A stretch of 64,000 nucleotides of DNA from contig OY761158.1 in assembly GCA_963664405.1 (NCBI GenBank), positions 6,464,001-6,528,000 of the forward strand, given 5' to 3'. A program made the position numbers and the translations under genes. This DNA comes from Thermoanaerobaculia bacterium (GTDB lineage: Bacteria > Acidobacteriota > Thermoanaerobaculia > Multivoradales > Multivoraceae). Below are positions 10,055 to 20,875 of the stretch, one piece after another (position 1 is the first letter of the stretch; each line of letters opens with the position of its first letter). Below the pieces are notes generated by a model. It made no database searches. It worked only from the letters and a program-made list of their open reading frames with translations, and had not been told where the DNA came from.

Positions 10055-11343
10055 CGGCGCCGGCAACAACCGAGAGCTCGACCGATCTAGCCCTCTCTCT
10101 GAGCCGAATAGCCGAGGCTGCTCGGCGTGCGAGCCGAAGCCTCGCGGCGGCCCCCTGCAATCAAAAGGACCAAGCCCTGCGGCGGATGGCGGAGGCCTTG
10201 AGGGATAGTCGTAGCGCCCTTCAGGAGGAGAATGCAAAAGATCTCGAATCCGCCCGGGAGGGGGGACTCGTCGGTGCAATGCTCGAGCGACTAGCACTCT
10301 CGGACAAGGTTCTCGATCGCATGGCGGAGGGTCTCGAAGAGGTGGCGGATATGCCGGACCCGGTGGGCTCCATCTCCGAGCTGCGGGCACGCCCGAATGG
10401 GATGAAGGTGGGGAAGATGCGCATTCCCCTGGGAGTCGTGGGCTTTATTTACGAATCGCGGCCCAATGTGACTGCGGATGCGGCAGGTCTCTGTCTCAAG
10501 TCCGGCAACGCGGTGATCTTGCGAGGCGGCTCAGAGGCCATTTGTTCGAATCGCGCCATCGCGGAACAGCTGGTCGCCGGCATTGCTTCGGCGGGGATCG
10601 ATGCGGACGCAGTTCAGCTGGTGAAGACCGTGGACCGTGGTGCGGTGCACGCCATGCTGCAACTCGACGATCTCATCGATCTGGTGATTCCGAGAGGGGG
10701 CGAAGGCCTCATTCGTTTTGTTGTAGAGAACACGCGGATACCTGTAATCAAGCACTACAAGGGCGTATGTCACACCTATGTGGACCGAGACGCCGAGCCC
10801 CAGATGGCAACCGAACTGGTGGTGAATGGCAAAGTGCAGCGAGTCTCAGTGTGCAACTCGACAGAGACGCTCCTCATTCACTCGGAGTGCGCGCCCTCTC
10901 TATTGCCCGAGATCGGGGCAGCTCTGGTCGAGGAGGGAGTAGAGATCCGTGCCTGCGAGGAGAGCTCGGTCCTTCTTGGCGGAGTGTCGCACGTAGCCGC
11001 CAGCGAGGGCGACTTCGGCACTGAGTTTCTCGACAAGATCCTGGCGGTGCGGGTGGTGAAGTCACTGACTGCGGCAGTCGCACACATCCAAGCTCACGGT
11101 ACTGACCACACTGAGACCATCGTTACCGAAAGTTATCCACGCGCGATGCGTTTTTTGCGTGAGGTGAACTCGTCGACCGTACTGGTCAACGCCTCGACGA
11201 GGTTCTCCGACGGTTACGAGCTCGGTCTCGGCGCCGAGATCGGCGTCAGCACGACCAAGATCCACGCTTTCGGTCCGATGGGAGTCGAGGGCCTCACCAC
11301 CGAGAAGTTCATCGTTCTCGGTGAAGGCCAGCTCCGGCACTGA
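10051..11343 (+). CDS. proA: gamma-glutamyl phosphate reductase
   Basis: IYESRPNVT, VIPRGG, NASTRFSDG, LGAEIGVST motifs; coupled to proB. Confidence 0.95.
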   Translation: MTAPATTESSTDLALSLSRIAEAARRASRSLAAAPCNQKDQALRRMAEALRDSRSALQEENAKDLESAREGGLVGAMLERLALSDKVLDRMAEGLEEVADMPDPVGSISELRARPNGMKVGKMRIPLGVVGFIYESRPNVTADAAGLCLKSGNAVILRGGSEAICSNRAIAEQLVAGIASAGIDADAVQLVKTVDRGAVHAMLQLDDLIDLVIPRGGEGLIRFVVENTRIPVIKHYKGVCHTYVDRDAEPQMATELVVNGKVQRVSVCNSTETLLIHSECAPSLLPEIGAALVEEGVEIRACEESSVLLGGVSHVAASEGDFGTEFLDKILAVRVVKSLTAAVAHIQAHGTDHTETIVTESYPRAMRFLREVNSSTVLVNASTRFSDGYELGLGAEIGVSTTKIHAFGPMGVEGLTTEKFIVLGEGQLRH

Positions 11344-11392
11344 CCCTGAAGACCCCGAGGCAGGGAGGAAGGCTCGGACCGTCAGGTTGAAG

Positions 11393-11824
11393 CTAGCGAG
11401 GAGGGCGACCCAGCACTTTCTGGGCCGAGAGGCGGAGGAATGGACCGCGGAGGAAGTCGGGCATGCGACAGTGGCGGCGGGTTTTGCGATCGACCCAGAT
11501 GTGGCGAGAATTGCCGGTGACGAGAAGGTCGTCGCCACGCTTGACCTCGTAGCCGAATTGCACGGCGCGAGAGGCAGCCCAGTCAACCCAGGAGCGGACA
11601 GTCACGCAGTCTCCGTAGCGAGCGCCGTCGCGGTAGGTCAGCTCGAGACCCGATACGACCAGGAAGAAGCCCGCTTCCTCGATCAGAGCGTAGGGCTGTC
11701 CACCTTCTGCGCACAGGCGAGTCCTCGCAAGCTCGAACCAGATCGGATAGACGGCGTGGTGGACGCCCATCTGATCGGTCTCGGCATAACGGACCTCGAC
11801 CTCGATGTCGACGCTCGGCTTCAA
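11393..11824 (-). CDS. acyl-CoA thioesterase (YbgC/4HBT family)
   Basis: VRYAETDQMG motif. Confidence 0.85.
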   Translation of the reverse strand: MKPSVDIEVEVRYAETDQMGVHHAVYPIWFELARTRLCAEGGQPYALIEEAGFFLVVSGLELTYRDGARYGDCVTVRSWVDWAASRAVQFGYEVKRGDDLLVTGNSRHIWVDRKTRRHCRMPDFLRGPFLRLSAQKVLGRPPR

Positions 11825-12531
11825 TGGTGCTTCCTCGAGTAGTGAAGGATGGTGCTGATGATCTTGATCCCAGCGAGAACGGTACCCCGAATGGTACCTG
11901 TGATCTTCGACACTCCGACCCGCCGACGATAGCTCACCGGAACCTCGAGGACTCGTAGGCCTCCCCGCAGGGCCTTGACCTGCATCTCCGCAGTCCAGCC
12001 GAAGTCAGGATCAGCCATGTGTAAAGCCTGCAGGCTGTCCCAGCGGATGGCTCGAAAGGGTCCCAGGTCGGTGAACTTGTGTCCGTAGAGCGCGCGGATG
12101 AGCAGCGTGGCCAGGATGTTCCCGATCCGCGCTTGAGGAAGGAGGGCTCCCGGCTCTCTTTCGCCGAGGATGCGCGAGCCGATCACAAGGTCGCACAGGC
12201 CCCTTTCGATGGGCTCGACGAGGGTCGGTAGCTCCTCGGGGTGGTCTGAGTAGTCTGCGTCAACGAACACCACGATCTCGGGCGGATCCTTTCGAGCGAG
12301 CTCGGCGATACCGACAAGGCAGGCGCTGCCATAGCCCTGCCTGGCGGCGTTGACGACATCGGCTCCGCTATCTCGAGCGACCTCTGCTGTGCGGTCGGTC
12401 GAGTTGTTGTCGGCTACCACGACGCGACGGGCTCGAGTTGCAGCGAGTGCCTTCAGCACCAGTGGCAGGGAAGCCTCCTCGTTGAAGGCCGGTATGACGA
12501 CATCGATGATGGCGGTCTCGGGAGACGACAC
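11821..12531 (-). CDS. glycosyltransferase family 2
   Basis: IPAFNEE, DNNSTD, DAD motif. Confidence 0.9.
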   Translation of the reverse strand: MSSPETAIIDVVIPAFNEEASLPLVLKALAATRARRVVVADNNSTDRTAEVARDSGADVVNAARQGYGSACLVGIAELARKDPPEIVVFVDADYSDHPEELPTLVEPIERGLCDLVIGSRILGEREPGALLPQARIGNILATLLIRALYGHKFTDLGPFRAIRWDSLQALHMADPDFGWTAEMQVKALRGGLRVLEVPVSYRRRVGVSKITGTIRGTVLAGIKIISTILHYSRKHH

Positions 12532-12657
12532 GTCTCTAATTGTATCGGCGCCCTAGATGAAGATCGGAGCCCTGTCGCGGAGCGTGGTAAACTGCGGCCC
12601 CTTCCGCGCCCACCTCCGCGGCAACATCTCCACTTCTCAGACCAAAGGACTCATCCC

Positions 12658-13941
12658 GTGCCTTCCGCCGCGAGCTACCGTGCACGCTCTATAAAGGGCA
12701 TGAGGGACCTGCTGCCGCCAGATACAGCGGTGTGGGCCCAAGTCGAGGCAACCGCGAGGCGGGTCTTCGGCCGCTATGGCTTCGACGAGATCCGCACCCC
12801 GATCGTCGAGGAGACGGATCTCTTCGTTCGAGGCGTAGGAGAGGCGACCGACATCGTCGGCAAGGAGATGTATTCCTTCGTCGACAAGAGAGGAAGGAAC
12901 CTCAGCCTCCGCCCGGAGAGTACGGCGCCGGTGGCGAGGGCCTTCGCCCAGCACGGGCTGCGCGAGCGACCACAGCCTGTTCGACTTTTCTATATCGGCC
13001 CTCAGTTCCGCTACGAGCGCCCCCAGAAAGGTCGCTACCGCCAGTTCCACCAGATCGGTGCCGAGGTCCTCGGGGATCCCGGCCCCTGGAGTGATGCGGA
13101 AGTCGTTGTGATGCTGATGACATTCCTGCACGAGCTTGGCTTTAGAGATGCGCGCGCCCTCGTTAACACTGTGGGTGATGGCGAGAGTCGGGCCCGCTAT
13201 CGTGAGCAGCTGTTGGAGTACCTAGAGCCGAAAGCGGAGCAGCTAGGGGAGGACAGCCGCAGGCGCCTCCGCAGCAACCCATTGCGAATTCTCGACACCA
13301 AGGTCGCCAGCGAGCGCGAGCTCCTTCAAGGAGCACCTCGCCTGAAGGACTGCCTGAGCGAGGAAAGCCAGGCGCACTTCAGCGAGTTTCTACGCGGCCT
13401 CGACGCCTGCGAGGTCAGTTACGAGGTTGCAGATCATTTGGTTCGCGGCCTCGACTACTACACTCGCACGGTCTTCGAGATCGTTTCTCCGGCCCTCGGA
13501 GCTCAGGACGCTCTGGTCGGAGGCGGCCGCTACGACGGCTTGGTGGAAGAGGTCGGTGGGCCGCCGACGCCCGGGATCGGCTTTGCGATAGGTCTCGACC
13601 GCTTGATTGAGATCCTTCCCGGTGGTGAGCTCTCTGCGGACCAGGAGCCCAGCTTCTTGGTTGTGCCGATGGGAGACGTTGCCAGTGTCGAGGCCCTTCG
13701 TCTCTGCGAGGAGCTTCGTTCCCTGGGCCTGCGCGTGACCGCTGAGCTCGCTGCGCGATCGGCGCGCACAGCGCTGCGCCGTGCCGACCGGATGGGCGTT
13801 CACTATGTCGTTTTTCTAGGTGAGGATGAGCTCGCGAGCTCCGAGGTCTCGATCAAGAACTTTCGTTCGGGAAAGCAGTTGCGGCTGAGTCGGCAGGCTC
13901 TGGAAGAAGGGCTGAAGGAATTGCTCGAAGGCGGAGAATAA
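12658..13941 (+). CDS. hisS: histidine--tRNA ligase
   Basis: LRPEST, FRYERPQKGRYRQFHQ, VRGLDYY, GGRYDGL. Confidence 0.97.
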   Translation: MPSAASYRARSIKGMRDLLPPDTAVWAQVEATARRVFGRYGFDEIRTPIVEETDLFVRGVGEATDIVGKEMYSFVDKRGRNLSLRPESTAPVARAFAQHGLRERPQPVRLFYIGPQFRYERPQKGRYRQFHQIGAEVLGDPGPWSDAEVVVMLMTFLHELGFRDARALVNTVGDGESRARYREQLLEYLEPKAEQLGEDSRRRLRSNPLRILDTKVASERELLQGAPRLKDCLSEESQAHFSEFLRGLDACEVSYEVADHLVRGLDYYTRTVFEIVSPALGAQDALVGGGRYDGLVEEVGGPPTPGIGFAIGLDRLIEILPGGELSADQEPSFLVVPMGDVASVEALRLCEELRSLGLRVTAELAARSARTALRRADRMGVHYVVFLGEDELASSEVSIKNFRSGKQLRLSRQALEEGLKELLEGGE

Positions 13942-15708
13942 GTGATGAAACGACGTGGAGCAGGAACCATTAGCGTAGACGACGTGGGCTCCCGCGTGCG
14001 CCTCCAAGCGTGGGTTCGTCGCCGCCGCGACCACGGCGGGGTCCTCTTTCTGGATCTCCGAGATCGTAGTGGTGTTGCCCAGGTCGTGGTTCGTCCCGAG
14101 GAGCAGCCGGAGGTGGCGGCCGCCCTGCAGCCGGTACGCAACGAGTGGGTTGTTGAAATCGAGGGAGAGGTGAAGCGGCGCTCTCCCGAGGCGGTGAATA
14201 CGAAGATCCCGACCGGCGAGCTGGAGGTGATCGCGGACCGCGGCGTCGTCCTTGCTCGCTGCGCAGCGATGCCCTTTGCCCTCGAGGGGCCGGTCGAAGC
14301 GAGTGAGGAGACCCGCCTGCGTTTTCGCTTCCTGGACCTGCGTCGGGAGGAGCTCGCTCGTAATCTTCGGCTTCGTCACCAAGTGGTGATGGAGTCCCTC
14401 AAGTTCTTCGATGAGAATGACTTTCTCCACGTCGAGACGCCGATTCTCACCCGCTCGACTCCGGAAGGGGCAAGAGACTACCTGGTTCCGAGTCGCGTGC
14501 ATCGGGGCAGCTTCTTCGCTCTGCCTCAGTCGCCGCAGCTTTTCAAGCAGATCCTCATGGTTGCCGGCGTCGAACGCTACGTCCAGCTCTGTCGCTGTTT
14601 TCGCGACGAGGATCTGAGGGCCGATCGCCAGCCCGAGTTCTCCCAGCTCGATGTCGAGATGTCGTTTGTCGATCGAGAAGAGGTAATGGGCCTGATCGAG
14701 GACCTCACTCGTCGCATCTTTCCGCTGGTCGACATCGCGCCCTCGACTCCCTACCCGCGCATGACCTACGAAGAAGTGATGCGCAAGTACGGCATCGATC
14801 GACCTGATCTGCGCAGCCCGTTGGAGATCGTCGACCTTTCAGAGGTGCTGGGCGAGTGCGTCTTTCGCGTCTTTCGCGAGCAGGTCTCCGAGGGTGGAAG
14901 GGTTCGCGGCATAAGAGTGCCTGGAGCGGCCTCGGCGAGTCGTCGCGAGGTCGAGGATTGGGCTGAGCTGGCGCGGAGCGAAGGAGTGGCGGGAGTGTTG
15001 ACTCTTCGTCGTCGCGACGGTGAGCTGAGCTTCCAGGTCAAAGATAGTCTGACCCGAGGAGAGCTCGATGCCGCGGCTGAGCAGCTCGCTCTCGAGGAGG
15101 GCGACCTGGCGCTGCTGGTTGCTGCGCCGGCGGAACGCGCAAGTGCCGCCCTCGGTGCTCTGCGGGTACCGCTGGCTCGCCACGCCGGGGTGTTTGAAGA
15201 GGGAGAGTCTCGGCTTCTCTGGGTGACGGATTTTCCTGTCGTCGACTGGAACGCCGATGAAGGTCGATGGAACGCGGTTCATCACCCCTTCACCCATCCC
15301 CATCCTGAGGATATGGAGCTATTGGACAGCGATCCGGGTGCGGTTCGGTCGCTCGCCTACGACCTGGTTCTAAACGGGACCGAAGTCGCGGGTGGGTCGA
15401 TCCGTATTCATGATCCGGAGCTGCAGAGGAAGATGTTCGGACTGCTGGGGATTTCCGCGACAGAGGCAGAGGAGCGTTTCGGTTTCCTCCTCGAAGCTCT
15501 ACGCTACGGGGCGCCTCCCCACGGCGGCATCGCGGTAGGGCTCGATCGACTGCTAATGCTGATGGCTGGCGCCTCTAGTATCCGTGAAGTCATCGCCTTT
15601 CCGAAGACCGCCTCGGCGGTCTGCTTGATGACCGATGCGCCTTCGGGTGTGGACTCGGAGAAGCTCAGCGAGCTCGGGATCCGAGTGCCGCCACGGCAGA
15701 CGAGTTGA
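13942..15708 (+). CDS. aspS: aspartate--tRNA ligase
   Basis: RDHGG, TPEGARDY, LPQSPQLFKQ, FRDEDLRADRQPEF, GAPPHGG. Confidence 0.97.
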   Translation: MMKRRGAGTISVDDVGSRVRLQAWVRRRRDHGGVLFLDLRDRSGVAQVVVRPEEQPEVAAALQPVRNEWVVEIEGEVKRRSPEAVNTKIPTGELEVIADRGVVLARCAAMPFALEGPVEASEETRLRFRFLDLRREELARNLRLRHQVVMESLKFFDENDFLHVETPILTRSTPEGARDYLVPSRVHRGSFFALPQSPQLFKQILMVAGVERYVQLCRCFRDEDLRADRQPEFSQLDVEMSFVDREEVMGLIEDLTRRIFPLVDIAPSTPYPRMTYEEVMRKYGIDRPDLRSPLEIVDLSEVLGECVFRVFREQVSEGGRVRGIRVPGAASASRREVEDWAELARSEGVAGVLTLRRRDGELSFQVKDSLTRGELDAAAEQLALEEGDLALLVAAPAERASAALGALRVPLARHAGVFEEGESRLLWVTDFPVVDWNADEGRWNAVHHPFTHPHPEDMELLDSDPGAVRSLAYDLVLNGTEVAGGSIRIHDPELQRKMFGLLGISATEAEERFGFLLEALRYGAPPHGGIAVGLDRLLMLMAGASSIREVIAFPKTASAVCLMTDAPSGVDSEKLSELGIRVPPRQTS

Positions 15709-16829
15709 CGGTAGCTGGATCCCCCGCCGTGTCTGATCTCCGCCGCTTGGTCCTCCACACTGGCAGCCACGAATGCCCCGTCGTCGTCGGAGCTGGGGCT
15801 CTTCGAGAGGTCGCCGAGGAGTTGGTGGAGTGGTCAAGGGGGCGAACTGTTTTCGTGCTCTCCTCTCCTCCCCTGCGGGAGCTTCAGGCACACCTGATCG
15901 AGAGTCTGGCGATCGAGGCCGCCGCCGTCAGATCGATCTGGGTTCCGGATGGGGAGTCAGCGAAGACCCTTCAGGTGGCGGGGGAGGTGTGGAGCGAGAT
16001 GCTGCGCCAGGGCGGCAAGCGGGACAGCCGTTTGATCGCCATCGGAGGCGGCACGGTCGGTGATCTGGGCGGGTTCGTGGCCGCCTGCTTCCTTCGCGGT
16101 ATCGAGGTGGTACAGGTGCCCACTACGCTGCTTGCACAAGTCGACGCGTCGGTCGGTGGCAAGACGGCGGTCGACCTTCCGGAGGGAAAGAACACGGTTG
16201 GCGCCTTTCACGATCCGACTTTGGTGGTCTCCGACACCGAGGTGCTTCGCACTCTCGATCGTGGCGAAATTCGTTCAGGGCTGGTCGAGGTGATCAAGAT
16301 GGCGGCCCTGCTCGATCCCGAGCAGCTCGATAGGGTCGAGGATAAGCTCGATCTACTGCTCGCAGGTGATGCGAAAGCCTTGGCGCCCGTAGTTGCCGAT
16401 GCGGTTGCTACCAAGATTAGGGTCGTCGAAGAGGACCCCTTCGAACGGGACCAGCGGCGTCTGCTCAACTTCGGTCATACACTGGGGCACGCGCTGGAGG
16501 CGGCCCTGGGCTATGAGGGCCTCCGCCACGGAGAAGCGGTGGCTTACGGCATCCTCTTCGCCATGCGCCTTGCCAGGAGGCGGAGTCTTCCGGAGGCGGA
16601 CGAAGCTCGTATTCGATCTTTGCTTGCCAGACTGGAAGTGCCTCCCCTGCCCGAGGTGGACCCCAGCGCCGTGCTCTTGGCCATGCAGCGCGACAAGAAG
16701 GCGCGTGAGGGTAGGCTTGCCTGGGTCCTTCCGACCCGAATAGGCGGTGCCGAGATCGTCGAGGACTTGTCGCCGTCGGAGGTAGAGACCGAGCTGCGAG
16801 TCTTCCTCGACACCCCCCAGCCGGTCTGA
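15705..16829 (+). CDS. aroB: 3-dehydroquinate synthase
   Basis: GGGTVGD, PTTLLAQVDASVGGK, LNFGHTLGHALE. Confidence 0.95.
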   Translation: MTVAGSPAVSDLRRLVLHTGSHECPVVVGAGALREVAEELVEWSRGRTVFVLSSPPLRELQAHLIESLAIEAAAVRSIWVPDGESAKTLQVAGEVWSEMLRQGGKRDSRLIAIGGGTVGDLGGFVAACFLRGIEVVQVPTTLLAQVDASVGGKTAVDLPEGKNTVGAFHDPTLVVSDTEVLRTLDRGEIRSGLVEVIKMAALLDPEQLDRVEDKLDLLLAGDAKALAPVVADAVATKIRVVEEDPFERDQRRLLNFGHTLGHALEAALGYEGLRHGEAVAYGILFAMRLARRRSLPEADEARIRSLLARLEVPPLPEVDPSAVLLAMQRDKKAREGRLAWVLPTRIGGAEIVEDLSPSEVETELRVFLDTPQPV

Positions 16830-16918
16830 GCCCAGGCGCTCGGCTTTCCAGGATATAGAATCCTGTCTATAATAGAGGCCTCACTGCTCCGGCCGCTCGC
16901 CTGGAAGGCACCCCGGCA

Positions 16919-18676
16919 ATGCTCAATTTTCTGCGCCGAATCCGCCAACTCCGGCTGAGGAATCTCCTCCTCGTCTTCCTTATGACTTATGGATGCCTGT
17001 CACTGGTGATCTCGGCTCTGACGAACGTTCGCCAGAACGGGCAGTTGGTCGAGACGCTGGAGCAGATCAGCCTGACTCATCGGGTCGAGGCGCTGTCGCG
17101 TCAGCTGGGTGGCGAGGTGAGCTCCGGCCAGCAGCTCCTTCAGCAGCTGGCGGATACTCTGCTGTCCATACCGTCCAGCGGAGTTTCCTCCGGCGTGCGG
17201 GATCGGTGGGTTGACGAGTATCTGCGGACCTTCGCTGAAAAGAACCAGCTCCTCCGCTACGTTCGAGTAGCCCTGGTGGAGCAGGGGCGAGAGTTTGGTC
17301 CAAGCGCCCTGCCGGCCGAAGTCGAAGAGGTCATGTCAGAGGCTATCTCCGACGCCGTTTTGCAAGGGAGTGGAGGAACGCGCTTTGTTCTCCTCGCCGA
17401 GACCAAACAGCCGGCGGTTGTCATTACCGAGGTAGGAAGTCTTCGTGGCGCTCAACAGGCGGGGGTGGTCCTCACCGCTCTGGTGCCGCTCGATTTCCCG
17501 CCCGAAGGCCAGACGATGACCTTCTTGGTCGATTCCGAAGGCGCCGTACTCTGGGCGGAGGACCCCGACCCGGCTTACCTCGAGGCGCTCGGTGAGTCGA
17601 CTCTGATCGCGGACTTTGTCAATCACCCCTCAGTTTTCGTTTCTGAGTACTGGCAGGAGATCGGGGACTTGCGCCAGCGAGTGATCGCCCAGGTCAGCCC
17701 GATTGCGCGACTGGGTTGGGGCGTTGTCGTGCAGCAGCCCAAGTCGACTGCGTTCGGTGTCGCCAGGCAGGTGGTCAATTCGACCCTGGTCTCGGCGCTG
17801 TTGATGCTGGTGCTCGCTTTAGTGTTCGCGGTCGGAGCAAGTCAGGTCGTGAGTAGCCCGATTCAACGCCTAGCCGAGAGAAGCTCCGAGATCGCCGCCG
17901 GCAACTTCGGGGGGCGCGTACCCCCGGGGGGGCTCAGTCGCGAGCTGGTCAATCTTGCCGATAGTTTCAACGTCATGAGTGGTCATGTCGAGAAGTCGGT
18001 TGAACGCCTCCGCCGGGCAGCCGAGGAGAATCACGAGCTCTTTCTGGGCTCGATTCGAGCCATTCTGGCAGCCGTAGAAGCGAAGGAGCCCTACACGCGA
18101 GGTCACTCTGAGCGAGTTGCTGCATTCAGTCAGGCGATCGCCCGCCATCTTGAAAGTGATGCCGAGTTTCAGGAGCAGGTCTGGGTGGCCGGGCTGCTCC
18201 ACGATGTCGGCAAGATCGGTATCGACGACCGGATCCTCAAGAAGGGTAACGCCCTCACCGAGGAAGAGTTCGAGGAGATCAAGCGCCACCCGATTATCGG
18301 TGAAGAGATCATGGCGTCGATCGACCGTCTCAGCTATAGCCTGCCGGCCATTCGCTGGCACCACGAGAAGTGGAACGGTCGTGGCTATCCGGATGGTCTG
18401 CGCCGTGAAGCCATTCCCTTGATGGCTCGTATTGTCAGCGTTGCCGACTCGTTCGACGCAATGACCACGCAGCGGGTCTACCAAGAGGCGATGTCGCCTC
18501 AGGAGGCCGTGAGCTGGATCCGAAAGCAGAACGGGATCGCATTCGACGCCAGGGTCGTCGAAGCATTCCTCAAGGCCTACCTCAAGGAGGAGGTCAAGGC
18601 GGTCGACTCGAGCCCGATCGTGGCGGCACCCGAGGAGCCGATCGCGCTTGCGGTCGGGGACAGCGTCTACACCTAG
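16919..18676 (+). CDS. membrane-bound HAMP + HD-GYP c-di-GMP phosphodiesterase
   Basis: Two TM helices, HAMP, LLHDVGKIG, HHEKWNGRGYPDG. Confidence 0.9.
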   Translation: MLNFLRRIRQLRLRNLLLVFLMTYGCLSLVISALTNVRQNGQLVETLEQISLTHRVEALSRQLGGEVSSGQQLLQQLADTLLSIPSSGVSSGVRDRWVDEYLRTFAEKNQLLRYVRVALVEQGREFGPSALPAEVEEVMSEAISDAVLQGSGGTRFVLLAETKQPAVVITEVGSLRGAQQAGVVLTALVPLDFPPEGQTMTFLVDSEGAVLWAEDPDPAYLEALGESTLIADFVNHPSVFVSEYWQEIGDLRQRVIAQVSPIARLGWGVVVQQPKSTAFGVARQVVNSTLVSALLMLVLALVFAVGASQVVSSPIQRLAERSSEIAAGNFGGRVPPGGLSRELVNLADSFNVMSGHVEKSVERLRRAAEENHELFLGSIRAILAAVEAKEPYTRGHSERVAAFSQAIARHLESDAEFQEQVWVAGLLHDVGKIGIDDRILKKGNALTEEEFEEIKRHPIIGEEIMASIDRLSYSLPAIRWHHEKWNGRGYPDGLRREAIPLMARIVSVADSFDAMTTQRVYQEAMSPQEAVSWIRKQNGIAFDARVVEAFLKAYLKEEVKAVDSSPIVAAPEEPIALAVGDSVYT

Positions 18677-18684
18677 CGCCGGTA

Positions 18685-19638
18685 GTGACCGAATCGAGCG
18701 CAGATAGCGATCCCGAGAGCAGCGCCAAGGCGGGGCTCTGGGCCAAGCTCAGGCTCGGCTTGAGCAGGACCCGCGGCCAGCTGGTCGATCGGATCGGTGC
18801 GGCGGTCGAGGGAAGGGGAGTTAGTGATGAGGAGGCTCTCGAGGCTCTCGAGGAAGCCCTCATTGCCGCCGACCTTGGTGTCGATACCTCTCTCGAGCTC
18901 ATCGAGCGGGTGCGAGGCGGGCTGCGGCCCGGGGAGATCGGAGACAGCTTCCGCCTCAGAGAGATGCTTCTGGACGAGATCTCTGTGCTTCTCCTAGATG
19001 CTCCACCGCTCCAGCAGGTGACGAACAGCCCGGTGGTGAGCCTCTTGGTGGGCGTGAACGGCGTGGGAAAGACCACCACCATCGCCAAGCTGGCCAAGCT
19101 CTCGGTCGACCGAGGGGAGAGAGTGCTGATCGCCGCAGCGGACACTTTTCGAGCGGCTGCGATCGAGCAGCTGATGGTATGGGGAGAGCGTCTAGGGGTG
19201 GCGGTCGTCAGACAACAGCAGGGCGGCGACCCGGCGGCAGTGGTCTTCGATGCCCTTCAGGCCGCGCGCGCGCGTGGTATCGACCACCTGATTGTCGACA
19301 CCGCGGGGCGGCTTCATACCAAGAAGAATCTGATGGAAGAGTTGGCGAAAATCGGCCGTATCGTTTCTCGGGAAGGGGATGGTTTCGTTCGCCGCACTCT
19401 CCTGGTACTCGACGCAACGGGCGGTCACAATGCTCTCCAGCAGGCCAAAGACTTCAATGCGACTGTCGCCATCGACGGAGTGGTCCTGACCAAGCTGGAT
19501 GGGACCGCCAAAGGCGGCATTGTCGTAGCTCTCGCGCGCGAGCTGCGCCTGCCGGTGGCGTTTCTCGGAGTGGGTGAGGGCGCCGACGATCTGGTCCCCT
19601 TTCTACCCCGGGATTACGCAAGGGCTTTGTTGGGGTAA
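18685..19638 (+). CDS. ftsY: signal recognition particle receptor
   Basis: GVNGVGKTTT, DTFRAAA, DTAGR, TKLDGTAKGG. Confidence 0.96.
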   Translation: MTESSADSDPESSAKAGLWAKLRLGLSRTRGQLVDRIGAAVEGRGVSDEEALEALEEALIAADLGVDTSLELIERVRGGLRPGEIGDSFRLREMLLDEISVLLLDAPPLQQVTNSPVVSLLVGVNGVGKTTTIAKLAKLSVDRGERVLIAAADTFRAAAIEQLMVWGERLGVAVVRQQQGGDPAAVVFDALQAARARGIDHLIVDTAGRLHTKKNLMEELAKIGRIVSREGDGFVRRTLLVLDATGGHNALQQAKDFNATVAIDGVVLTKLDGTAKGGIVVALARELRLPVAFLGVGEGADDLVPFLPRDYARALLG

Positions 19639-19781
19639 GGACCCACTCTGATGTTTTCCAGCTGGTTCCTTCTCATTCGGCTCAGTCGCTAAAGTCCTGC
19701 TAGTTCAAGGACTTGCTTTCCTTCTGGTTCCTGCTGGTTCGTGGAGCGGGGTCTCATTCTTCTCAGTCTGTTAGATGGCTG

Positions 19782-20756
19782 TTAGATGGAATCGCCCACG
19801 ACACGCAGGCCACGGCTCGCAACCTTGGCCTCACGATGGAGACGGCCGATCGTTTGGTCGAGATTGCTCATCGCCGTCTCCGAAGTTTTCTGGAAGAGGT
19901 GTCCGTAGCGATCCATGGTGATCGAGATGGAGGCGTGTCCGAGCTGTGCACTGACGTACTTCGGGGACTCCCCCTGGTCGATCAACAGCGATGCATAGGT
20001 GTGGCGCAATGCGTGGAGGCCAATGGAGGATCGGAGCCCGGCGCGCTCCCGGATCGCGCTGAACTTCCGTCTGTACCATTTGTCGGGATAAGTAGGAGTG
20101 CCTGTACGGGTGTGAAAGACGAAGTCGCTAGAGAGCCCCGGCGATGCCTCACGGTGGCGCTCTAGGGCGCCTAGGACGTTCTGAGGAAGGTCTACGACCC
20201 GGGCTGATTTGTCGGTCTTCGGCGTCGTTACTACGCCCTGATACACGGATCGGCGAATGGTGAGACGGGCACCAGCGAAGTCTTGCCATTGGAGGCCAAA
20301 GATTTCGCCGCGCCGCAGGCCGGCGAAGAGGCCTAGGTGGATGACAGCGCTCTCCTCGGCCGAGTCAGTCACAGCCTCAAGAATGTCTACTATGTCGGAG
20401 TGCTCGAGGAAGTCGGCCTCGCTGCGCTCAATGCGGATTCGCTTCTCGCCGGCAAGCGGATCGCTCGTCATGTAGTGCTGCTTGCGGGCCCAGGCGAAGA
20501 TCGAATTCAGGAGCGTGAAAATATTATTGTGCGTCTTCTTCGAGAGCTCGCCGGCGGCTATCCTGTTAGCCATTGTCTTTCGCCAACTCTGAACGGCTCC
20601 ATCTAGGCTGTCGGAGCGGTACTCCCCGAAGGCCGGGATCAGCTGCCTCATCACTATCGACCGGTAAGACTTCGCCGTGGATAGCTTCATCTCAGCGCCC
20701 ATCTTCAGACGAACTTCGAGCTCGTCCGTGAGCCACTTGTCCAGGAGGTCTGACAT
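19782..20756 (-). CDS. tyrosine recombinase/integrase, probably N-terminally truncated
   Basis: Catalytic residues present: R (GLRRGE), K (TPKT), HxxR (HALRH), H (LGH), Y (DRYGH); frame extends only to about 20790 and lacks the usual arm-binding domain. Confidence 0.85.
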   Translation of the reverse strand: MSDLLDKWLTDELEVRLKMGAEMKLSTAKSYRSIVMRQLIPAFGEYRSDSLDGAVQSWRKTMANRIAAGELSKKTHNNIFTLLNSIFAWARKQHYMTSDPLAGEKRIRIERSEADFLEHSDIVDILEAVTDSAEESAVIHLGLFAGLRRGEIFGLQWQDFAGARLTIRRSVYQGVVTTPKTDKSARVVDLPQNVLGALERHREASPGLSSDFVFHTRTGTPTYPDKWYRRKFSAIRERAGLRSSIGLHALRHTYASLLIDQGESPKYVSAQLGHASISITMDRYGHLFQKTSETAMSNLDQTIGRLHREAKVASRGLRVVGDSI

Positions 20757-20875
20757 GAGCAGCGGCTTGACCTTGCGGAAGGTCCTGGTGCGCGTAGCAG
20801 GTAGGATGGATCAACCCATCGCTCGGCACCCAGCTCGACGAGGGTAGAGGTGGGGATTTCAAAGGGGGCTCCGCC

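Noticed and set aside
19639-19781. tRNA or att core next to the integrase
   Set aside because: No cloverleaf and no matching direct repeat found by eye in the window.
20817-20843. Degenerate box CATCG..CACC..CGAGG upstream of the integrase
   Set aside because: Both arms are mismatched; plausible by chance in GC-rich DNA.
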